Assembly: GCF_009914755.1 (NCBI RefSeq)
Contig: NC_060947.1
Length of the DNA stretch: 64,000 bases
Strand: one strand, 5' to 3'
Origin: the human T2T-CHM13v2.0 reference genome, Homo sapiens
Shown here: in pieces, positions 46,501 through 63,385 of the stretch
Layout of the letters: the number at the start of each line of letters is the position of its first letter
How positions within the stretch are numbered: position 1 is the first letter of the stretch
Program-made: the position numbers and the translations under genes
The notes under the pieces: generated by a model
Databases searched by the model: none
Seen by the model: only the letters and a program-made list of their open reading frames with translations
What the model was told of the DNA's origin: nothing

Positions 46501-47738
46501 AAGGCTGCAGACAGGGGATGTGGGGTCAGGTGAACATGGGGGTGCTGTTGTGGGTATCTGAGTGCCAGAAGGGCCTGGAACCCCCGACAGAGGACAGATT
46601 CCACATTCCTCGGTGGGGACCCACGAAAGGGTGGCGTGGGCACTAAGGAAGGAGCCTGGAAACTCGGAACGCTGCAGGCTAATGACCATGGCTCCAAGGT
46701 CTGCAGAGCTTCTGATAAAGGTGTCCAGTAAGGAGCGCCCAGTGCTGTGTGACAGCTTCTCAACTCCACCCTGGAGTTTCTAATGGGCAGGGCTGTGCAT
46801 TCCAATGAAACTTGATTTTGGGGGAGGTGTAAAATGGGCCTAGAAAATGGGTGTGTGATGAAAGCAGTGGTCACTCCAATTTTAATTCTCTAGGTGTGTA
46901 AACTTAAATGTCTCCACAATGGAAAGTCCAGTTGTGAAACCAAACCTGATTGGAAATACTGTGTGTCTCTTGCCAGAAGCCTTAAGACATTGCTCAACTA
47001 GCTTGACCAACTTAAATGATTGTGCAAGCATTCTATTCAGAAGGCTCACACACTTATAACTGCTCTAAAACATACTTTCAAAGTATTTCCATTCTTCAAA
47101 AAAAAAACAAGTTAACATTTGTCCACGGATGTGGACAAATATAGCTATCCTCTCAAGTGCATTTTCCCAATCACAGTACTCTGTTTGCAGAGTGAAATAT
47201 GAGTTGGTGAGGAAGATCAACATATAGGCTTACACCAAAGTAATATTTACAACCTCTTCACATGATTGGGCTTCTCCTTATGAGTGACTTAATATTCAAT
47301 GTTTTCTACTAGGAGCAATTTCTTTTTGTGGTAGTGTTGTTGAACCAGTATAGATACACTGATAAAGTTCTCCCATGTTGATAAAAAGTGATTGTGGCGT
47401 CTCATGAAGGAAAGAGTAACCCAAGAGGTCTACATCCTGGTTTTGCCTGAATGTGTGAACTTGTTTTCCCCAGATTTGACTGGTGATTTCCTCCTCATGC
47501 TTATTCATAGAGCATTACACACATTCAACCCAACATAAATAAAAATGGCTACCCAAGCTGTTGAGGGTAACAGTCTTAGAGTAACCTCTCTATGGGAAGA
47601 GTAACTTTATGAAGAATAAGTATGTGGAATAGTGTTGGGATAGTGTTGGAGCATGTCTTTAAACATGCATATGATTAGAAGTATCTATGTAATCTGTATT
47701 CATATTATTCACAGGCATTGATAAGAAATTTTTTATTT

Positions 47739-47802
47739 GCACACACACACGCACACACACACAAACACACACACGAACACGTGTGCATGCGCACACACAC
47801 AC
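47739..47802. repeat. Imperfect (CA)n just upstream of the copy D exon-3 acceptor
   Basis: Directly visible; only a few CA units at the equivalent site of copies B and C. Confidence 0.9.
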
Positions 47803-48388
47803 CCCTTGTCCCAGGAGCCCAGTGTGCCAGAGCCTCAACAAGAAGAACCACCAGCTGAAAGTTGGGATCCTACACCTGGTCAGAAGAGAGAAGAAGATCA
47901 GGGTGCAGCTGAGATTCAAGGTGCTGGGAAGGGAAAAAAAGAATGTTTATTGGGAGAAGGAGGCCTATATGGGCATCATGGCTTATGCCATGACCAGTAA
48001 CAGGAGGAAAGAAAACATGAGGAAAGGATCTCAAACATTTGCTGAGAGTTGGCTGGAAAGGTGACAGGCATAGTTTGCAGCTTCCTGCAGTCCCTGGATA
48101 TGATGATTCTTCTCTTTTTCTTCGAGATGCATTTTGTAGGCTTGAAAATACAGTCCTTCCTAAATCAGATAAAACCATTTAATTGGTTGTATAAAAATGT
48201 ACATTATTTCACTAGTTTAATTTGATCTTCTTAGGATGTTGCAGTGTGACCTCCTCAGCCATGCTGTCCACAGTGTTGTAAGCACCCTTTAATAGCATGT
48301 GGAGTGCCAAGTCACCCTACCTTATAACACCCTGAATAAAGCCCACTTGCAAAGGGATGTTAGCTTCATTTTATAAATAAGAAAAATG

Positions 48389-48721
<333 letters not shown>

Positions 48722-50015
48722 TCAGAGATTGAGACTTACCAAGAACAATTGACTCATGGAGAAGGAATTCATATTTTTGTTCCAAGGTTTGCATTCTTCC
48801 TACCATCTATGTTAGAAAATGTGAATGATTTTGCTTAAAAATATTTAATACTCAAAAGCATCTGTATTGTAAGGTACTTCACTATTGGCTCAGGACAAAA
48901 TGCAGTTCAGTGAAGCAACTCCAGAAACTAGGGCAGTGAATGAAAGCCACTGTTTCTTTGAGGTGTATTTTTGACAGTATGTTTGGTAAAAAGCTGGATA
49001 ATTCAGGACACTGGCATACAGGTAACTATATTAGTAGGATTTTCAAGGGGCTTTTAAAAGTTGTTTCAATATTTTTATAATTAGAAAACTCAAAGTACGA
49101 TAAGATTATCATGAAACAGAAATTGTTTTTTCAACGGATAGCATTTTCAAACTAAAGATAGACAGAATTTGGGCCATGGATTATTTTAGCAATTCACTGT
49201 TAAGGGGTTTCCAGAATATGCCTGTCAACAATACCCATTGATTTCTTTGCACTTCAGTTCCCATACTCTCACTGGAAGACAGTGATTTTGCTGTTACATT
49301 GCATACATTTTTCTTAGTGACATTCATGTATGGAAAGTTACATGAAGGGCATTTGGACCTAAGCATTACTTTAATTAAGTTTAACCCCAACATTTTCAAG
49401 GTACCTCAACAGGGTATGAGTGTCAGAACTATAAGATTTTTCCTAGGCCCACCAATACATCGATCTAATCATAGAAATTTACATTTAAGTTTTGATTAAA
49501 ATGTTATCCATGGGGCAGTCTTCAGATTTCCAAGGTAGCTGTGTGTGTATAATATACAATGGTAAAGTATGGGAAATGTAGGTGTGCTGAGACTTATCCT
49601 CCCTGAAATGACTGCCTTCTGACAGTTCCCCTAAACCAAAGATGCAAATCAGTTGTTTGGACTGGACGAGGAACCTTAGAGGGAAAGGTCCCTCAGTGGG
49701 AGGCCATATCGGGGGCCTTGGCCAGCTCCTGCCTGATGACTGTATGTCCTGCTGGGGGTGCCCTAACAAGGGTAAACTCTTGGTGTCCAGGGGTATCACC
49801 TGTGCCCCGTGGGATTGTTCTTACCTGTATTCCCTGACTAGCCCATCACTGCCTCATCCCTGGAAGGCATTCACATCAGCTTCAGCTTCCTGGCAAGAGC
49901 TGTGCTGAGCCTGAAATGGTGGCTTGGGCTGGACAAAAATACAGAATCTTAGTTAGGAAGTCACCTGTCTTTGTCAGATAGACCTTCACCATTAATAGGA
50001 TTTGTATAAGATGGC

Positions 50016-50440
50016 TGTGATGGGAAATCTGATGTGTCAACTTTGCTAGGCCACGATACATGAGAAATGTTCACTTTGACCAGGGTATATGTCTCTGTGA
50101 AGGGTTTTCTTTACATGAGAACTAGCATTTAAATCAGCAGACTTCAAGTAAACCTAATTGCCTTACCCAATGTGGGTGGGCCTCATCCAGTCCCTTGAAG
50201 GCCTTCAGAGAAGAAGACTGGGGTCCTCCTCAAGTTGAAGAAATTCTGCCTCCACCCTGCCCTTGGATTTGGGCTCTCATATCACCTCTGCCCTGGCTCT
50301 CCAGCCTGACATCCTGCTCTGGGAGATTTGGACTTGCCAGTCGCAACAGCTGCATGAGCTAGGTCTTCAAAACCGCTCCCCCGTCTCTCTCTCTCTCTCT
50401 CCACACACACACACACACACACCCAGAGGAACCCTAACAA
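50016..50440 (+). mobile_element. ERVL LTR (MLT2-like)
   Basis: tgtgatgggaaatctgatgtgtcaactttgctaggccacg..., with (CT)n(CA)n near the 3' end. Confidence 0.75.
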
Positions 50441-50859
50441 ATAGGGTGCTTATATCTGGGACCCTTGAAGGGCATAACTGAGATCAGTACTGAAGGTTGG
50501 TCTCACTCTGCTGCATGGCTTCTAAGGCAGAGGCCTGTTGCGTTCCCCTCCCACCCTCTGCAGACTGACATCCATGTGGCTCATCACTGTGACTCAGGGT
50601 TTGGTCATCCAACCATGCAGAGGTCACTACAATTCCACAAGTGTTCCCTGCCCTCCTTCTGCCTATGAGGTCCTCTGTCCCATCCTGAGGACACAGAGAT
50701 CTACTGGGTATGTTTCCAGTCTTCCAGGAAGGAGCCAGGAGCCTGGTGAGGGAGATACACCTGCAGCAGCAGTAACAGCAAGGGGCATAGCCAGTGTGTT
50801 CACAAACTCATGAGAGATCACATTACCAACATCTCCCACTTAAGTTTCCCCATCAACTA

Positions 50860-52570
50860 ACAGCTTATCCTGAAATTATCATGTTCGTAGGTAAGTTGGA
50901 TTCCCCTTATTCTATTGGCCCCCAATATGCACAGATACAAAAAAACTGATACTGGAATATTCTGTCAGAGTGAAATCCAAGAATGGAATGCCTTGCTGTG
51001 ATGTGATTTTCGAAGCAATCAATAAGGCTTTATAAGTTCCCAGATGAAGCAACATACAGGCCTCCCTCAGTTTAAAGGGAGTGACATGTATGGGAAATCC
51101 AGTTTATTGAAGACTCTGGAAAAAGACGTTTGCCTGCCTGTAACACTCAGTACCCAAATGCAAGTAGCACCTGCCAATCATTCCAAAAACTGCAGCTGCC
51201 CTCAGAAATTTCTAAAATGCCCCAAAGTGGCCGAAGATATTCTGGCTATAAACCACAAGTTTAGGATTGAAAAGAAGTATCCTCGAACTTCTTATTTACA
51301 TCAAAAGAATAGGAATGTTGCCGTTGGTACAGAGAAAATAGCAGGGTAGCGTGGAGAAGGACACAATGTTCCCCAGGAGGGTTTGCAGGCACCTTCCTCC
51401 TCTGTCCTGCTTTCTGTGATAAGAAAGTCGTTCAGGGATAGGTGAGGTGGCTCCTACCTCTAATAGAGGTTGAGGAGTGAGTATTGCTTGAACCCAGGAG
51501 TGTGAGATCAGCCTGGGCAACATAAGGACACCCCACCTCTACAAAAAAAAAAATTGGCCGTGGGCGGTGGAGCCTCCATGTAGTGAAACTACTTGGGAGG
51601 CTGAGATGGAAGGATCACTTCAGCCTGGGAGGTTAGGGCTGCACTGAGTCATGATTTTTCCACTGCATTCCAGGCTGAGTGACAGACCCGGTCTGAAACA
51701 GCAACAACAAGTGGTTTGGGGCCAGCTGGGGTGTGCCGGGAAGCTTATCCTGGAAAAGATACTGTTGCTAGGTAAGTTGGATTCCCTTCATTTTTACCCC
51801 AGGCATGCAGAGCTACTAAGCAAACTGATACTGGAATGTTGTGTCAGGGTGGGATCCAAGAATGGAATGGCCTGCAGTGATGTGATTTTCCAAAGCAGTC
51901 AATAAGTCTTTCATAACTTTCCAGATGAAGCAACATACCAGCCTCCCTCAGTTTGCAGGGGAGTGACATGTATGGAAAATCTAGTTTACTTAAAACTCTG
52001 GAAAATGATCTTTGCCTCCCTGTAACGCTCAGTCCCCAAATGCCAGTAGCTCCTACCCATCATTCCAACAACCACAGCTGCACTCGGAAACAACCAAAAT
52101 GTTTCAAAGTAGACAATGATATTCTGGCTATAAACCATGAGTTTAGGATTGAAAAGAAGTATCCTCACACTTCTTATTTACATCAAAAGAGTAGGAATAT
52201 TGCGGCCAGTACAGAGGAAATAACAAGGCACCAAGGAGGAGGACACAATGTTCTCCAGGAGGGGTTACAGGCAACTCCCTCCTCTGTCTTGCTTTGCTTT
52301 TAGTGACAAGAAAGTGGTTCAGGGATAGGCATGGTGTCTCAAGCCAGCCTGGGGAACATAGGGAGACCACCATATTAAAGAAATTTAAAAAAAACAGCCA
52401 GGCGTGGTGGAGCATGCCTGTAGTCTCAGCTACTTTGGAGGCTGAGGTGGAAGCATCACTTGAGCCTAGGAGTGAGCCATGATTGCTCTACTGCACCGCA
52501 GGCTGAGAAAGAGAGTGGGACCCCATTTCAAACAAAACAAAAATAAGAGAAAGTGTTTCAGGGCCAGCTG
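50860..52570 (+). repeat. Tandem duplication of a ~0.9-kb unit, each copy ending in an AluJ remnant
   Basis: GSDMYGKSSLLKTLE..YP(R/H)TSYLHQK peptides at 51044 and 51953; ctgatactggaat at ~50945 and ~51825. Confidence 0.9.
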
Positions 52571-54399
52571 GGGTCTGTGGTGAAGCTTCATTTCAAAAGT
52601 CAATCACTGCTATTGGACATTGATGCTCAGGATGTTTCCTTGGTAGTCATAGTTCTGAGATCCCAGGACTGATGTCCTTCTCGGCAAGGACAGCCCTCTC
52701 CAGGCTGGGGCACAGGAGGAAGGTGCCAGGCTAGGTTGTCAAGCTACCATGGACAGCTGTCTGCTGTAGAATCACAGATGAGAACAGGAAAAGAACAGCT
52801 GAAAGGAGGAGAAGGGAGACAACTTCTGCAGTTGAGGAGCAGGTGCCTGTTAGTGAAGGGAAGACATTGGCCCTAAGTCCTGACATTGCTCTAGGCTCCC
52901 ATGGAAGGACATGATGGTGCCAAGCAGAATCCAAGGCTGGTGGGAGGAGCAGAATAGCTGGGAACACCTCCCACCTATGCGTTCAATGGTCCCTGAGAGG
53001 AGCCCATGCCATTTTGGAATCTGAAAGGTTATTTTTTGACATTCCCTCCATTCACCGCCCATGAAGAGAAGGGATTTGAGATAAACTGAGGCCTTCAGGG
53101 AGAAAGGCCAGATGGAGTTGTGAGGCCTTCTCAAAAGTCTGTCTGCCCCACCCTTATGGTGAGTCTCACTGCGCTCATCTTGTCCTGTGTTCCTCTTTGC
53201 TCTGATGTCGATCTCCTCAACCTCATGTCTGTCCTGGGAAGAGTAGGTATATTGCAGACAGTCTTGCTACCTAAGCAATTTAATAAGGTTTCTGAAAGTT
53301 CCCAAGCCTGAGCAGTAAATTCCAAGATCCTAGGACACCATTGTGGCCACGCTACATGAGATTCGCCAGGTGTGAATCGTGGAATCTTCATTTTAAAGGA
53401 TCCTGGCTTGCAACCTTAATGGAAACTTGTCTGAGAACTAGTAGCAGAGCAGAATAATCTGCTTTCCCAGCAAGACAGCTTCTTTCTCCTTTGTGAAGGT
53501 ATAGAAGGGACAGGTTTGGTGTGTTCTCTGATGTACAAATCCAAGACCTTCAGGTGAGGAGACCGACACTGACGTGCTGCCTGTTATGGTAATGACACAC
53601 TCAGGGCACCATCTCCAAATGATACCCAGGCCGATCCTTTCAAGTCTCCATCTCTTAACTATTTCCGAAGAAATCGAATGTCTCTTGCCTGTGCAGTCTC
53701 ATGCTATGAAATCCTAAATATTTTGCAATAGCCTTTGGACCTTACTCTTGATTCCACAAATATGCAGCACAGTAGAGTTTTACATGATGTCTCTGACCTG
53801 TGGCTCCAGCACTCACTGCTGGGTGACACTGAGAAAGTTACTTAACATCTCTGTGATTCCTTTCTCCATTAGTACCATTGAAATACTACTAGTAATTGCA
53901 TCTACTTCTTGGGGCAGTTTAGATCACTGACTGTGTGAAGACATGCACAGTTGTCAGGACTGTCCCTGGCACATTGTCAGTTTCCAATGATTTCTAGCTG
54001 TTACTGTTTTGCTGTTTATATTGTTGTTGTTCCCACATTTCCCTGGAGCATGTTCCAGAGATACAATGTCACGACTACCTTTGACCCCTTCGATGATCTT
54101 TTGATTATCACTTTATTTCCTCAGGGACTCAAGGACTGAGTCTGTGGGGCAGGGCGAGGCCATATTTTTAAGAGCATAATGAATATTCAGCTCTCCTTAC
54201 AGGGTATTGTGGAGCCTAAATGTAATGCTGGGATTTCATCATCATGAGCTTGTACGAAAAATTCGAATGGAAATTTTTCTAGGAAATCGGAACACTAATG
54301 ACCTCTTCATGTGATTTGTATAATGCTTGGAAAAGTAACTAGTGACTGGATAGGGATAGCACATAAGGATATAAATATTTAAAAGATTATGAATTTTCT

Positions 54400-57050
<2,651 letters not shown>

Positions 57051-57089
57051 TATGATATATAATTAAATACACCTAATGTATTTAATTAT

Positions 57090-58843
57090 TTTTTCAGATG
57101 CAGGGTGTTACTGTGTTGCTCAGGCTGCTTTCAAACACATGGGCTCAAGTGATTTTCCCATTTTGGCCAATTTTTATACATGCTTTGATTAATCACTTCC
57201 TTATCTGGTTCTGGGTTTTCAACCATGTGTACAATGAATTTAACTACTTCTGTAGACTCAATCAATTCACACCTCTACCCTTTTTTTTAGGTTGTGTTAT
57301 TACACATTTAAATCTCTCGACTGGTAACTAATTTCCCTGAATACCTATAAGGTGATCATGGGCTCAGCAGTCAGTGTGATTTCAACGTTGGCTCACAACA
57401 GCTTGGAAAGCCTGCATGGGAAGTATTGCTTGAGGAAAAGTGGAGAGTTTCCAGGAACAGTTTTGAAAAACAAAGACAACCGATGTCATCCTTCCCTCCC
57501 TTGCCTCTCCTCATGTGCCAGGTTTTCTGTTTCCTCCAGCTGATAGAAAATCAGCATGAAGTATTCTGTGATGAAAAGTTTTTATCCCTTTAATCATCCC
57601 GTTTCTTCCTCCAAACCTTTTATTCTTTCTGGAAGGGTGGTATGCAGAAGGAACAAAAGCATTTTCAGAAAAACACATTATAATATAAATTTAGTGAAAA
57701 GATTCATCATGTTTAAGAAATGGTCAGGATGAAATCCTGAATTTGTAAAAATTGTAAAAATCAGTTTACATAACCTCCATCCCTTTTGTCTCTATCACTT
57801 ATCCAGTGAGAAGTGTAGAAAAGATGAATTCCTTATTTGTGGCTGCTGCGTTGAGTAGCCAAACTGCTGGCCACCTTCCATCAATATCATATATCCAGAT
57901 GTAATAGCCACAAAATGCAAGGCCTGTTTAAAACTTTCCCTGATTTCATCCATCTCATTGAAATTTCCATCAAACTCCTAGCAGTAAATTCAGCATTCAA
58001 AGAGTTACAAGTACTGTGGCTAAGAGAGATCCTGGCTCAAATGTTGGGAGGGGGCTGTAGCAGTGGGCGCCCAGCTGAAGACAAGGCTGGAATGTGTCTT
58101 CACAACCCCCCCCACCCTTTTTCAGACAGGATTTCTCTCTGTTGCCCAGGCTGGAGTACACTGGAGGACTCACAACTCACTACGACATGAAACTCCTGAG
58201 CTAAAGTGATCCTCCTGCCTTACCTTCCTGAATAGATGGGACTACAGGCATGTGTCACCATGCCCAGCTAATTTTTTAAATTGTGTAGAGCAAGAGTCTC
58301 ACTATGCTGTCCAGGCTGGTCTTGAACTCCTGGCCTCAAGTGATTCTCCTGCCTCAGCCTCCAATAATGCTGGAATTCCTGGTGTGAGCCAGTGCATGCA
58401 GCCACTTTTACCCGCCTTTTAAAATCTAAGGCTTAAGGGTTTTCTGAGGCTTTGCTCCAACCCAGGAAGCTGATAATTTTCCTCCCACTTGGATGAAAGA
58501 GCAATTCAAATGTTCAGGATTTTTGGCCTGTGCAAAGCTCTTTGGCAATTATTGAGTCCTTTGTCTACCTGCCTGCAGGAGAAAACAAAAATTAACATTA
58601 GCATGAGGCTGCACCTTTCCCCCATATATTATCTGGAGCAGAACAGTGGTTAAGGGATCCAGGGATCCAGCTCTCTTGCAGTTGGAGGGACTATTGTTAA
58701 ATGCTGTGAGTACATGTATTTTTCATAATAGACAACAGCTTCGGCTGCTGCTTCATATTATGGGTAAATCCATGGTCTCCCAGGCATGACAGCTTCATCA
58801 TGTCTACCCCTTCACTCTTCCTTTATTCAAACAAGGCTTTCAC
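57090..58843 (-). repeat. Inverted duplicate of ~44650-42900 (includes AluJ at 58120-58404); 57090-57330 also matches ~38110-38350
   Basis: Paired peptides TVLLRL.SNTWAQVIFP..PIFIHALINHFL and GGGCSSG.PAEDKAGMCLH. Confidence 0.9.
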
Positions 58844-59319
58844 CATATTGTATGCAGTTCCTAATGTGACATTAACTGATTTCTCCAAAGATACTTTTCA
58901 GGGTATTTCCAGGAGCCTATTAGGCATCCAGACCGTAGTTTGAAGCCAAAACATTAAAAGCAAGTTTACAGAAAAAGTACACATTATTTGTAAATTCCTT
59001 TAGTTTCTTAGGTATTTTGTGTGGTGCTGATATTTTGAGTAAAACTATGCACATGTTCGGACCTTGGACTATCTTTTGGTTTCCTTGCAGGACTAGAAAG
59101 CAGGGTGTGTTTTAAAAATGTTTTTAATGCATATGCTTGGATGTTTATCGTCGAAGTCTCTACAGAGGTCTACCTCAATGTAAGCAAAAGGGTGACTCTT
59201 AGACTTCTGGTTTTTGTCCACTGTATAAAACTAAGATTTTGGTGTCCTTCCCATATCTTTAATTTCATCTGAATATAATTCCCCTAGTAATGTTCCCAAC
59301 TTTTATGTTTCTATTATAG

Positions 59320-59432
59320 GAGAAAGGCAACCACAGTTTTAAACGAAGACAAGCTGAAACAACACAAACTGGTTTTATATTAGAGATATTTGAATTAAAA
59401 ATATTTCAATAAAGTTTTGCAACTTTCACCAA
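59320..59432 (+). pseudogene. Detached XAGE terminal exon (exon 5 of copy D)
   Basis: Intact acceptor ttctattatAG, then (G)GA GAA AGG CAA CCA CAG TTT TAA = GERQPQF*; AATAAA at 59408-59413. Confidence 0.9.
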
Positions 59433-59493
59433 AAAAGTCTTGCACATCTTTTGTTCATTTTATTCCCAGGTATTTGATACTATTGAAAACTGT

Positions 59494-59760
59494 GGCTTGA
59501 TGTGGTAGCTCAAGCCTCTAATCCCAGCACTTTGGGATGCTGAGGCAGGAGGACTGATTGAGCACAGGAGATGAGACCAACCTGGCCAACAGAAAGAGAC
59601 CCCCTTTTTTAAAAAATAAAAGAATAAATACATGAATGTATGCATATATGTATGTAGCTGTAGTCCCAGGTACTCTGGAGGCTAAGGTGGGAATGTATGC
59701 ATATATGTATGTAGCTGTAGTCCCAGCTAATCTGGAGGTTAAGGTGGGACCTCTTGGGCC
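59494..59760 (+). mobile_element. AluJ-like with an internal 57-bp tandem duplication (59634-59747)
   Basis: gaatgtatgcatatatgtatgtagctgtagtcccag..aaggtgg occurs twice. Confidence 0.85.
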
Positions 59761-59871
59761 CCCAAGAGGTCCAGGATGTGGTTAAATTATTTTGGAATGG
59801 AGACTCAATTTCAAAAAAAATTAAGAATCATTTTTGAAATTTTGTATTGTGATTGAGCTGGTATGCACAGG

Positions 59872-60285
59872 TGTGATATTGTGAAACACATATTTGGTTC
59901 TAGACCCTGCTTCCAGGCATACAACGCCTACAATTTTTAGAATCTCCACAAAGTGGTGTCTTTTTGTATGCTAGTGAATTGACTGATGGCTAGCAGCACC
60001 TAGGTAGCTCTAGGTTGGGGAAGAAGAGAGTTGGGCCTTTCAGCCCCACCCACAACCTTCAGGGAAAGGACAAGGGCTGAAGGTTAAGTTGATCACAAAT
60101 GGCGGGCCAACAGTTTAATCAATGACACCTACATAATGAAAACCGAAAAGGACATGGTTCAGAGAGCTTCCCTCTAGCTGAACACATGGAGGGCAGCTTG
60201 CGCATAGAGGGCATGGAAGCTCCCTGCCCCTTCCCCCGTACCTCACCTTATGTGTCTCCTCATCTGCTTCCTTTGTTACGATATC
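59872..60285 (+). mobile_element. MER21-like LTR, 5' part
   Basis: tgtgatattgtgaaacacatatttgg...; paralog of 2118-2512. Confidence 0.72.
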
Positions 60286-62004
60286 CAATTTGCCACAAAA
60301 TATGTAAGAAGTTCCTAGGCTGTAGAACTGGATGGAAGAATTAGGGCTTAGGTAGAAGAAAGGGGAAAGCAACCAGAGCAACTTGCTGAAGCAAGATGAC
60401 TTGGGTCCTACCTACACTGTCTCTTTAGAGGCTATGGCATGAATTAGCCATGGGTTTCCATCCTGCCTCCCACACACTGGCCTTGAGATGGTGGGCAAGA
60501 TACTTGCAATATTTGGGACCATTTCCTCATTTCTAAAGTAGAAATTACAATAGTTACACTAATTACTTGCTATGAAGAATCAATGAAATAACATACCAAG
60601 TAGGCATTGCTTTGCAGTTAAATTTGGTTTACTAGATTTCCTTGTTTCCTTTAAGATTTCAAACTTTTTCCTTCCATATTTCTTTAAAACTACATCTCTT
60701 GTATGTGATATCTGCTTTTGAATTTCAAGTAGGAATGTCAAGTTACCTTTTAAAATGCATTTGACTTCACAAAATTATTTGATTTCAATGAATATGTTAA
60801 TGAATTAGCAGTGTAGCTGGTGTCAGACACGGGATCGATTCTAAAGTGGATTTCTAAAAAACTGAGGTGTGACAAGGCCAAACCTAAGTCAATTGTCCGT
60901 GCAGAAAACTTGTTTGCTGTGTGCGATGCCATGAAGAATAAATCAATATTCTGGGCATGCAATGCCACACAACTCAATACAGTAGTGTGTCAAGTGCTCA
61001 AGCAGTCCCTAAGCAGCCCTGGCCACAAGGATCACCACTGCAGTTGTTAGTTTGCCGTGTAACATATTCATAGATTTGGTCAATAAGGAGATAATGAGCC
61101 CAAATGGATCCAAGTAGTTGATTGTTTGCAGACACAACAAAAGCAAGAGCAGCATTGTGTAGGCACCGTGTCCCTAGTCCCATAATACAACACTGAATAG
61201 CAGGTACTCAGTGACAGACAGCACAGATGGTGGGTCTCTCTGCCTGTGAGGAGCTCACAGCCATACCCTAAAGCAGTGAGCAGTTTTATAACAAGTTAGG
61301 ATAACAGCTGTACCCTAAGTTGTGGAAAAGGCCTGTGGTTTTCTGAAACTAGAGCAATGGATGAAAATGGACTCCAATGAAGTGAAGTTGTATAAGTTCA
61401 TGAAGTTTTGCTGTGAAGGGCAGCAGATAAATGTGTTAGTAGCTACAGAAGGACATGGGGGAATAAGGTGAGTTCCTCCTTAGCTTGGGGAATAATCCAG
61501 TATAGAGGGAGCCGTTGATGGTTCAGGGGCAGAAGTGATCATTGCAGGATCAAAGCCCCTGGGAAAGTGGAAGTTATGTGATCCTGAGCTGAGGTGAGGG
61601 GCTGGCTTCAGTCAGGAGCAATTGCATGCAGAAGGGCCGCAGAGAATGCCAGAACAGCACAGGTAGACTGGGTTTGGGAAGCTCTAAGAGTTCCCAGCAG
61701 ATTGCTTCTGTCTTCTGAATGAATCATTAGGAGAGGTCATTCAAATGGAGGAGGGTTCCTGGCATTTTGTGAGAGTATTGTAGTAGTGGAAGTAGGAAGA
61801 GCATGAAAGGGAGAAAATTCTCTCGTGGTCATGGACTTAAGGTAAAATAATTCAGAAGGTTTTGAAGTTTTCTTATCACTGCTCAGTTGCTCAGATACAG
61901 GCATCATTATGCGGTCATTAAATTAGTAGGAGGAGCAGTAGTGCTAGTTCATAAAATAGATATGATAATGCTCACCTCCTGAGGGGCACTAAAAGGATTT
62001 TTAT

Positions 62005-62392
62005 TCGTTTGTTAGGGCTGCCATCAATAACTACCACCGACTGGGTGGCTTAAACAACAGAAATGTATTTTCTCACAATTCTGGAGGCTACATGTCTGAG
62101 ATCAAGGTGTCAGCAGAGTTGGTTTCTTCTAAGGCGTCCTTCCTTGCCTTGTAGTCAGCTGTTTTCTCCCTGTGTCTGCCTTAGTCCTCCCTCTGTACGT
62201 GTGTCTGTGTCCTCATTTCCTCTTCTTATAAGGGCACTGGGCAAATTGCCTTAGGGCCCAGTCTAATGACCTAATTTCTCTTAATTACCTCTTTAAAGAC
62301 CCCACCTATGTCACATACAGTTACATTCTTAGGCACTAGGGGTTAAGACTTCGCCATATGAATTTTGAGCAGACACAATTCAGCCCATAATA
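62005..62392 (-). mobile_element. MaLR LTR (MLT1-like)
   Basis: Reverse complement of 4879-5265 (peptide MYFLTILEAT.LRSRCQQ.WFLLR on opposite strands). Confidence 0.8.
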
Positions 62393-62424
62393 GTATTGCT
62401 GTTAGCTTTATCTTAATACCGTTT

Positions 62425-62725
62425 TTTATTTCTGAGACAGGGTCTCATTCTGTTGCCCAGGTTGGAGCGCAGTGATGTTAATGTGGGTTACTGCAGCCTG
62501 CAACTCCTGGGCTCCAGGGGATCCTGCCATGTCACCCTCCCTATTAGCTGGTAGTACAGGCATGTAACAGCACACCAGGCTAATGGTTTAATTTTTTTTT
62601 TTTTTTTGACATGGGACATCCCACTATTTTTCCCAGGCTGGTCTGGAACTCCTGTGCTCAAGTGATCCTTCTGCCTCGGCCTCCCAAAGTGCTGGGATTA
62701 CAAGCATGAACCAACAAGCCCAGCC
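62425..62725 (-). mobile_element. AluJ-like
   Basis: Full antisense Alu. Confidence 0.9.
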
Positions 62726-62729
62726 TTAT

Positions 62730-63385
62730 TTTAATACTATCTTCACTACTATTGTCACTATCATTTATTTTATTCTTACAATTACCTGGAAAGGTAGGAA
62801 GTAGTCACTGAAGCTCACAAAGTTCATCTATTGCTGAACCTCACCAGGAAAGGAAGTACTAGTCAAACAGACAAACCTCATGTGTTTTCAAGTGGAGTGT
62901 AACTGAGAAAGTCAGATTTGTTAGATTTCTTATCATGAATTTATTTGTTATTGTTAAATTTTACATGCTCAGCATCAGTAAAGAAAAGAGTAATGAAAAA
63001 TCATTAAGCCCAGAGATAAATCCACACACTTACGCTCTATTGATTTTTGACAAAGATGCCAAGCACAGACAGTGGGGGGAGGGCAGCTTTCAATAAATGG
63101 TATTGGAGAAATTGTACATCCACACGCAGATGAATGAAATTTGACCCTCATCTCTCACCATATACAAATCATAAACAGAGGGAGGCTGGTATGTTGCTTC
63201 ATCTGGGAACTTATAAAGATTTATTGACTGCTTTGGAAAATTACATCACTGCAGGGCATTCCATTCCTGGATTCTGCTCTGACACAACAGTCCAATATCA
63301 GTTTACTTTGTCGTTGTGCATGCCTGGGGGAAAGAATGATGGGAATCCAACTTCCCTACCAACATGACCTTTTCCAGGATCAGCT
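62730..63385. repeat. Duplicate of ~13405-13830 fused at ~63175 to a partial copy of the 0.9-kb unit (~25700-25910)
   Basis: ctactattgtcact..aaggtaggaagtagt.actgaagctca, followed by gagggaggct..gcttcatctgggaac.tataaaga. Confidence 0.8.

Larger units (their letters stand above)
58840..61360 (+). repeat. Direct duplicate of the XAGE2 intron-4 end, exon 5 and 3' flank (~790-3575)
   Basis: Colinear from tatgcag..ctaatgtgacattaact through the AluJ and MER21 to acagctgtaccctaag. Confidence 0.92.

Noticed and set aside
47199-47920. Copy D as XAGE5 itself
   Set aside because: Exon 3 is similar but not identical to XAGE5 as recalled; exon 2 has two stops and exon 4 is missing.
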